A stretch of 13,997 nucleotides of DNA. Source: Candidatus Cloacimonadota bacterium. Lineage in GTDB: Bacteria > Cloacimonadota > Cloacimonadia > Cloacimonadales > WRIO01. The translations under genes and the position numbers were made by a program. The stretch is taken from positions 1 to 13,997 of the forward strand of contig JAKQQL010000280.1 in assembly GCA_029564175.1 (NCBI GenBank), given 5' to 3'. Positions 8,602 through 13,997 of this stretch are shown one piece after another. The notes beneath the pieces were generated by a model. It worked only from the letters and a program-made list of their open reading frames with translations. It did not search any database and had not been told where the DNA came from. Each line of letters opens with the position of its first letter. The stretch's first letter is position 1.

Positions 8602-11600
8602 ATGAAGAAATTTGAAAAGCATTCAATGGACGGAAACAATGCTGCTGCTCATATCGCTTATGCGTTTAGTGATGTAGCTGCGATTTATCCTATCACTCCA
8701 TCTTCAAACATGGGAGAGTTTGCTGACGCTTGGGCTGCAGCAGGCCGTAAAAACCTGTTTGGCGAAAAAGTGGATGTAATCGAAATGCAATCAGAAGCCG
8801 GTGCTGCAGGTGCAGTTCACGGTGCGTTAGTAGCTGGTGCGTTAACAACGACCTTTACTGCTTCACAGGGCTTATTATTAATGATCCCTAATATGCATAA
8901 AATTGCAGGTGAATTGATTCCTACTGTTTTCCACGTAACCGCACGTTCACTCGCTGCTCAGTCTTTATCTATTTTTGGTGACCATTCAGACGTAATGTCA
9001 GTCAGAAATACCGGATGGGCTATGCTTGCTTCCGCATCTGTTCAGGAAATTATGGATCTGGCAACTGTTGCTCATTTATCCACTTTAAAAAGCAGAATTC
9101 CTTTCCTGCATTTCTTTGACGGATTCCGTACTTCCCACGAAGTTCAGAAAATCGAAGAAGTAGATTATGAAACACTTGCTGAATTAGTTGAACCACAGTA
9201 TATTGAAGAATTCCGCTCACGTGCCTTAAATCCTGAAAACCCAAAATCAAAAGTAGGTGCTCAGAACCCAGATGTATATTTCCAGGGTCGTGAAACAGTT
9301 AATACTTTCATCGATGCAACCCCTGCTATCGTTGAAGAATATATGGAAAAAGTATCAAAAGTAACTGGCCGTAATTACAGACTCTTTGACTATGTCGGTG
9401 CTGAAGATGCTGAAAACATTATCGTTGCAATGGGTAGTGCTGTTGAAACGATTGAAGAAGCAATCAATTACCTCAATGCAAACGGCGAAAAATACGGTCT
9501 TGTTAAAGTTCGCTTATTCAGACCTTTCTCATTAAAACACTTTATCAATGTCATTCCTGCAAGCGCTAAAAAAATCGCTGTACTTGATCGTACCAAAGAA
9601 CCAGGTTCTTTAGGCGAACCTTTATACCAAGATGTAGTTACTGCATTGAAAGATCGTCAGGGCTTAACCATCATCGGTGGCCGTTACGGTTTATCATCAA
9701 AAGAATTTACACCATCAATGGTTAAAGCAGTTTATAAACACTTAGACGGCAAATGCACACACGGTTTCACCGTTGGTATCAATGATGACGTAACTCATCT
9801 GTCTCTTGATATTACCGAAGAAGTCAGTTCAATTCCTGCAGGCACAAGCAGTTGTCTCTTCTGGGGTTTAGGCTCAGACGGTACAGTCGGCGCTAACAAA
9901 AACTCAATCAAAATCATCGGTGACAACACTGATTTATACGCTCAGGGTTACTTCCAGTACGATTCAAAAAAATCTGGCGGTATCACTCGTAGCCATTTAA
10001 GATTTGGTAAATCCAGAATCCAGTCTCAGTACTTAGTTCAGAGACCTGACTTTGTCGCTTGCCACAATCAGGCATTTATCGGCCGTTATGACATCCTTTC
10101 TGGTATCAAAGAAGGCGGTACTTTCCTCTTAAACTCTAACTGGTCAACTGAAGAAGTGTTCGAACATTTGACTGAAGATATGCAAAAAACCATCATCGAA
10201 AAGAAAATTAAATTCTACAATATCGATGCGTTAACCATTTCTAACAATGTTGGTCTTGGTGCGCGTATCAATACCGTTATGCAGACTGCATTCTTCCTCG
10301 TATCAGGCGTTTTAGACCGTAAAGAAGCGCTTGAAATGATCAAAAAATCAATCGAAAAATCATATATCAAAAAAGGTCAGCATATCGTTGATATGAACTT
10401 CAAAGCGGTTGATATGACTGATGCAGCATTGGTTGAAATCACTGTTCCTGCTGCTGTTCCTGGAAAAGCAACTCCAATCAAACAGTTAATCCCTGCTGAT
10501 TCAGATGCATTTACCCGTAACGTTATCGAACCAATCATGAGAGAAAAAGGTGACCAAATCACTGTTTCTCAAATGCCTATCGATGGTGTAATGAATACCG
10601 GTACAGCTGCGCTTGAAAAACGTGGTGTGGCTGCTTTTGTACCTCATTGGATCTCTGAAAACTGTATCCAGTGTAACCAGTGTGCGATCGTTTGTCCTCA
10701 TGCAGCAATTCGTCCAAAACAAATGACTGCTGAAGATCTCAAAGATGCACCTGAAACTTTCAAAACCATTAAAGCTATGGGCAAAAATGATTTACAATAC
10801 AAAATCCAGGTTTACATTGACGACTGTCAGGGTTGCCAGGCTTGTGTAAAAGAATGTCCAAAACAAGCACTTGAAATGAAACCAATCGCTGAAGAAAGAG
10901 AACTTGGCGAAACAGAAAACTATAAATTCTTCATCAACTTACCAGAAGATGTAATTGGCGAATGGAACGAAGGAACGGTTAAAGGTTCTCAGTTCAAACA
11001 ACCATTAATGGAATTCTCAGGCGCTTGCGCAGGTTGTGGAGAAACTCCTTACGTTAAATTAATCACTCAGTTATATGGCGATCGTATGATCATTGCCAAT
11101 GCAACCGGTTGTTCATCAATCTGGGGCGGTACTTTCCCAAGTATCCCTTACTGCAAAAACAAAGAAGGTCATGGTCCAGCTTGGGGCAACTCCTTATTTG
11201 AAGACAACGCAGAATTCAGTTTAGGTATGAGACTGGCTGTTAATTCAAACCGTAAACTTTTAAAATCAGCACTTGAAAAATTAGTCAACATGGAAATCCC
11301 TGCTGAATTAAAAGACGGATTTAAATATGCACTTGAAAACTTCAAAGCAACTGATACTCCAGCTAAAGAAAATGCAAAAAAAATCAAAGCCTTATTAGAT
11401 GATGCAATTGCAACAGCTACTGGCGAAACTCAGACACTTCTTCGTAAAGTTTCTGAATTAAAAGCATTCTTCGTTCAGAAATCTGTATGGGCATTTGGTG
11501 GTGACGGTTGGGCTTATGATATCGGTTACGGCGGATTAGATCACGTACTTGCATCCAATAACAACGTCAATATCCTTGTATTGGATACTGAAGTTTACTC

Positions 11601-12123
11601 TAATACCGGTGGTCAGGCTTCAAAATCTACACCAATCGGTTCTGTCGCCCGTTTTGCTGAATCCGGTAAGAAAACCATTAAAAAAGATCTGGGCATGATG
11701 CTCATGAGCTATGGTTATATCTACGTTGCTTCAGTTGCAATGGGTGCAAACAAAATGCAGTTACTCAATGCAATTAAAGAAGCTGAAGCGTATGACGGAC
11801 CTTCTATTATCTTAGCCTATGCACCTTGTATCAATCATGGTATCGATATGGCAATGGCTCAGAAAGAAGAGAAAAAAGCAGTTGATTCCGGTTACTGGTT
11901 ATTATACCGTTACAACCCAATGAACAAACTCGAAGGTAAAAACCCATTCACCTTAGATTCAAAAGAGCCAACAGTGGATGTCAGAGATTTCGTTGATGGC
12001 GAAACCCGTTACACTTCATTAAAACGCACTGCTCCTGAAGCAGCTGCGGAATACCGTGAAGAAATGGCTAAATTCGTCAAAGAACGTTATACAGCTTATC
12101 GTCGTTTTGCAGGTCTTGAATAA
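8602..12123 (+). CDS. nifJ: Pyruvate:ferredoxin (flavodoxin) oxidoreductase, single-chain homodimeric type
   Basis: AIYPITPSS, MQSEAGAAG, GLGSDGTVGANK, two 4Fe-4S motifs (CIQCNQCAIVCP, CQGCQACVKECP), FSGACAGCGE, TPP motif GGDGWAYDIG...DTEVYSNTGGQ; RBS AAAGGAGA. Confidence 0.97.
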   Translation: MKKFEKHSMDGNNAAAHIAYAFSDVAAIYPITPSSNMGEFADAWAAAGRKNLFGEKVDVIEMQSEAGAAGAVHGALVAGALTTTFTASQGLLLMIPNMHKIAGELIPTVFHVTARSLAAQSLSIFGDHSDVMSVRNTGWAMLASASVQEIMDLATVAHLSTLKSRIPFLHFFDGFRTSHEVQKIEEVDYETLAELVEPQYIEEFRSRALNPENPKSKVGAQNPDVYFQGRETVNTFIDATPAIVEEYMEKVSKVTGRNYRLFDYVGAEDAENIIVAMGSAVETIEEAINYLNANGEKYGLVKVRLFRPFSLKHFINVIPASAKKIAVLDRTKEPGSLGEPLYQDVVTALKDRQGLTIIGGRYGLSSKEFTPSMVKAVYKHLDGKCTHGFTVGINDDVTHLSLDITEEVSSIPAGTSSCLFWGLGSDGTVGANKNSIKIIGDNTDLYAQGYFQYDSKKSGGITRSHLRFGKSRIQSQYLVQRPDFVACHNQAFIGRYDILSGIKEGGTFLLNSNWSTEEVFEHLTEDMQKTIIEKKIKFYNIDALTISNNVGLGARINTVMQTAFFLVSGVLDRKEALEMIKKSIEKSYIKKGQHIVDMNFKAVDMTDAALVEITVPAAVPGKATPIKQLIPADSDAFTRNVIEPIMREKGDQITVSQMPIDGVMNTGTAALEKRGVAAFVPHWISENCIQCNQCAIVCPHAAIRPKQMTAEDLKDAPETFKTIKAMGKNDLQYKIQVYIDDCQGCQACVKECPKQALEMKPIAEERELGETENYKFFINLPEDVIGEWNEGTVKGSQFKQPLMEFSGACAGCGETPYVKLITQLYGDRMIIANATGCSSIWGGTFPSIPYCKNKEGHGPAWGNSLFEDNAEFSLGMRLAVNSNRKLLKSALEKLVNMEIPAELKDGFKYALENFKATDTPAKENAKKIKALLDDAIATATGETQTLLRKVSELKAFFVQKSVWAFGGDGWAYDIGYGGLDHVLASNNNVNILVLDTEVYSNTGGQASKSTPIGSVARFAESGKKTIKKDLGMMLMSYGYIYVASVAMGANKMQLLNAIKEAEAYDGPSIILAYAPCINHGIDMAMAQKEEKKAVDSGYWLLYRYNPMNKLEGKNPFTLDSKEPTVDVRDFVDGETRYTSLKRTAPEAAAEYREEMAKFVKERYTAYRRFAGLE

Positions 12124-12145
12124 AATCAGACAGACACAATAGATT

Positions 12146-12172
12146 AAGGGGGACATACGTCCCCCTTTTTTA
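12146..12172 (+). terminator. Rho-independent terminator of nifJ
   Basis: AAGGGGGAC-atac-GTCCCCCTT followed by a T-run, 22 bp after the stop. Confidence 0.9.
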
Positions 12173-12187
12173 ATGAATTACAACATT

Positions 12188-12384
12188 CGTACTGCGAGCA
12201 TCTTGCTTGCAGAAGTAGTTTTCCGTACTACAAGCATCTTGCTTGTAGAAAAAACTATTATGGACGTTCTACAAAATGTCAAAGCAGTCTGTAGGGACGT
12301 TCGAAGCGAAGCGCCGTACGTCCGAAAACGTACTACAAGCGTCCCGCTTGTAGAAAAGTCTGCAAGCAAGATGCTCGCAGTACG
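12188..12384. repeat. Cluster of four 26-bp REP-like palindromes (REPIN/BIME-like)
   Basis: CGTACTGCGAGCATCTTGCTTGCAGA 12188-12213 (+), CGTACTACAAGCATCTTGCTTGTAGA 12224-12249 (+), CGTACTACAAGCGTCCCGCTTGTAGA 12329-12354 (+), and the exact reverse complement of copy 1 at 12359-12384. A GTAG-tagged palindrome GTAGGGACGT...ACGTCC sits at 12291-12323. Confidence 0.85.
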
Positions 12385-12476
12385 ATATACCGGATTTACG
12401 GCATTTCGCTTCGTTCCATTTCGTAAAATCCTCCTAACAGTTTATACATTTATCGGAAGATTATATCTTTTTACTC

Positions 12477-12600
12477 ATTCCTTTGGCAGATCTCTCAGTA
12501 CCAAAAACGTTGTCATCCTGAGCGTAAGCGCTAATGCGAAGCACTGAGCGTAACAAAGTGAAGCAAAGAACGATCTCCCTGATGAACTTCCTGCATAAAA
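12477..12600 (+). repeat. TGTC-tagged palindromic repeat, long form (copy A)
   Basis: TGTCATCCTGAGCG...GAACGATCTCCCTGATGAACTTCCTGCATAAA (12511-12600) aligns with the reverse complement of 12987-13077; similarity extends about 35 bp further outward. Confidence 0.75.
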
Positions 12601-12818
12601 TCCGAGATCATCCCCCATTTTCGTGTTTTTTGTGCGTTTTTGTGGTTAATCATTTAAAAATGTAGCGATAATACTTTAAAATCCTCAAATTACAAAGACA
12701 AACCGATATCTCAATATTGGAGACTGCTCAACTCAATTTCCTTGTTAATCGCTATTTCAGACTTCATTATCTATAAAAAGGGGTTATTTTATCTTTTTTT
12801 ATTAGAATTTGTTAAATT

Positions 12819-13156
12819 GTAACTACTCAGGTGTACCTAACTAAAAACATTCTGCTTATATTCTGTCGTTTACTATCATCTCCGGCATAACTCAAATCAA
12901 CGAAGTGCTTGTCATCCTGAGTGAAACGAAGGATCTCCCTGATGAGCTTCATGCATAAACTGTTCTCAAATCCCGGAGGGAGAATCTTTTTCATGCAAGA
13001 AGTCCTATAGGAGATTGTTCTTTGCTACATTTTGTTCTGCTCAGCGCTTCGCGATTGTGCTAACGCTAAGAAAGACAGGTTTTTGGCACTGTTATGTTTG
13101 CCGAGGAATATTGTTAACCATTGGCATATTATAGATCAAACCTCCTGAGTAGTTAC
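12819..13156. mobile_element. Inner MITE-like element (~338 bp) with GTAA-type ends (IS66-like)
   Basis: Perfect 13-bp TIR GTAACTACTCAGG (12819-12831) / CCTGAGTAGTTAC (13144-13156), 16 bp including flanks. No clear target duplication and no ORF. Confidence 0.6.
12910..13109. repeat. Inverted pair of TGTC-tagged repeats: short form B (12910-12959, +) and long form C (12987-13109, -)
   Basis: B: TGTCATCCTGAGTGAAACGAAGGATCTCCCTGATGAGCTTCATGCATAAA. C (reverse complement): TGTCTTTCTTAGCGTTAGCACAATCGCGAAGCGCTGAGCAGAACAAAATGTAGCAAAGAACAATCTCCTATAGGACTTCTTGCATGAAAA. Confidence 0.75.
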
Positions 13157-13180
13157 AATAATCTTATTTTAAAATCAACT

Positions 13181-13390
13181 CTTCATTTCTTTTCTTGAAA
13201 AAAGAAACGAAGCAAAGAAATTCAAGCGCTGTTATAAAAATCCTGTCTTTGGTCACTCTCTTGGGTTCCACCGCAAACTTGCTGATAGTATAGTTAAGTA
13301 TATAAGTAAGCTATCAGCTTCAAACATGCGGTTGTTCGCATCCAATCGAGTTTCCCTTCGTCTTAACGGATTTTTATAAAGGCGCATTTT
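13181..13390 (-). ncRNA. Structured RNA-like repeat element, Flavo-1-like motif (family name from recollection, unverified)
   Basis: Nested stems: GCGC 13226-13229/13382-13385; TTATAAAAATCC 13232-13243/GGATTTTTATAA 13368-13379; ACCGCA 13270-13275/TGCGGT 13327-13332; GCTGATAG 13281-13288/CTATCAGC 13311-13318. Terminal hairpin 13181-13212 has loop CTTGAA complementary to TTCAAG 13221-13226 (pseudoknot). Confidence 0.6.
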
Positions 13391-13548
13391 AAGAACTGCC
13401 GTCACGTAAATAATACATTTTTTTAAAAAGCATAGACTTATGAAGGTTAAAGCCCTATTCTCAAAATCATTAAATAGTGCTGTTAGCTTCTAAGTCTTAA
13501 AAATTGAACAGTCTCCAATATCGATTTTTAAAAAATCCAAAAAAATAC

Positions 13549-13859
13549 TTGACATAATTTCTCTATGTTTGTATTTTAATTCATATGATCTTAACATCAT
13601 TATAGTCGTGTTTTTGTCTCTTTTTGAACAGCAAATTTACAATGATTTACTCAAAAAACCTCCATTTTTGTAAGTGTTCGATTATCAGCAATTTATACAT
13701 TTTAAGCTAAAAATCATCACCAATTTTTCAAAGGCTTATTTTCCAACAACTTACGTATAGTCGAGGTGTTATACCTATATCCCACACCTATCGCTACAAC
13801 AATCATTGTAAAAAAGTGCCATTTTAAGTCCCTCCCAGAGCGACTTTGAAAGGGGTACT
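13549..13859 (+). promoter_or_regulatory. Putative CRISPR leader with a sigma70-like promoter and IHF-like sites
   Basis: AT-rich, ORF-free, directly before repeat 1. TTGACA-N17-TATTTT at 13549-13577. WATCAANNNNTTR-like TATCAGCAATTTA (13683-13695) and TTCCAACAACTTA (13741-13753). Confidence 0.6.
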
Positions 13860-13997
13860 ATCAGAATTGAATTGACCCGATTTAGGGGATTGAGACATGC
13901 CTTACCTTGAAAGTGGAGCCAATTGATAAATCTAATATCAGAATTGAATTGACCCGATTTAGGGGATTGAGACTCAATATACTTGTCGAATATTACT
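13860..13997 (+). CRISPR. Start of a CRISPR array: 37-bp repeat ATCAGAATTGAATTGACCCGATTTAGGGGATTGAGAC, truncated by the window edge
   Basis: Identical repeats at 13860-13896 and 13937-13973 (the preceding T is also shared, so 38 bp is possible). 40-bp spacer 13897-13936 and partial second spacer 13974-13997. The 3' end ATTGAGAC resembles the ATTGAAAC handle of Cas6-processed class 1 repeats. Confidence 0.88.

Larger units (their letters stand above)
12720..13515. mobile_element. Outer non-autonomous MITE-like element (~796 bp)
   Basis: Terminal inverted repeats GAGACTGCTCAA (12720-12731) / TTGAACAGTCTC (13504-13515), 11/12 match. Flanked by near-duplicated CAATATTG (12712-12719) / CAATATCG (13516-13523). 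No transposase inside. Confidence 0.55.

Noticed and set aside
9050..11387. Four minus-strand ORFs inside nifJ
   Set aside because: Antisense shadows of a conserved, codon-biased gene with no independent coding evidence.
8602..12123. nifJ as evidence of nitrogen fixation
   Set aside because: nifJ is the generic name for single-chain PFOR in anaerobes, and no other nif gene is present.
12188..12384. 26-bp repeats as a second CRISPR array
   Set aside because: Gaps are irregular (10, 79 and 4 bp), one copy is inverted and the copies diverge, which fits REP organisation.
12392..12431. Hairpin GGATTTACG...CGTAAAATCC as a terminator or separate ncRNA
   Set aside because: No U-tract, single copy and imperfect stem. 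It may be another palindromic repeat remnant but cannot be supported from this window.
12173..12547. ORFs 12173-12547 (+, 124 aa) and 12178-12369 (-, 63 aa)
   Set aside because: Their repeated peptides (TASILLAE, TTSILLVE, TTSVPLVE) are translations of the REP-like palindromes. The + ORF starts in the terminator tail with no accessible RBS, and no protein family is recognisable.
12920..12950. Hammerhead ribozyme suggested by GAAA...CTGATGA (CTGATGA also at 12579-12585)
   Set aside because: Only 12 nt separate GAAA from CUGAUGA, too few for stems III and I plus the cleavage site, and no stem II-GAAA follows. The motif is also not conserved in copy C.
13504..13523. GTCTCCAAT as a tracrRNA-like anti-repeat to the repeat end ATTGAGAC
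   Set aside because: Only about 8 bp match with a gap. It is better explained as the TIR/target junction of the outer MITE, and the repeat looks class 1.

Overview
AT-rich bacterial chromosome segment, probably from an anaerobic diderm; the phylum cannot be assigned securely from the sequence. Bases 1-12123 hold housekeeping and signalling genes: a partial ICMT/PEMT-family methyltransferase missed by the ORF track, an orphan family-3 solute-binding protein, a CpoB/YbgF-like TPR lipoprotein, a dCache-PAS-PAS membrane sensor with no output domain, gltX, a PhoB/PhoR-like pair and a single-chain pyruvate:ferredoxin oxidoreductase. The last ~1.9 kb is non-coding and is the most interesting part. 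It contains four 26-bp REP-like palindromes, a second TGTC-tagged palindromic repeat family, two nested MITE-like elements, and a ~210-nt strongly structured RNA-like element on the minus strand (pseudoknot plus possible triplex, resembling the Flavo-1 motif as I recall it). An AT-rich leader follows, then the start of a CRISPR array (two identical 37-bp repeats, 40-bp spacer) running off the right edge. No cas gene or transposase lies in the window.
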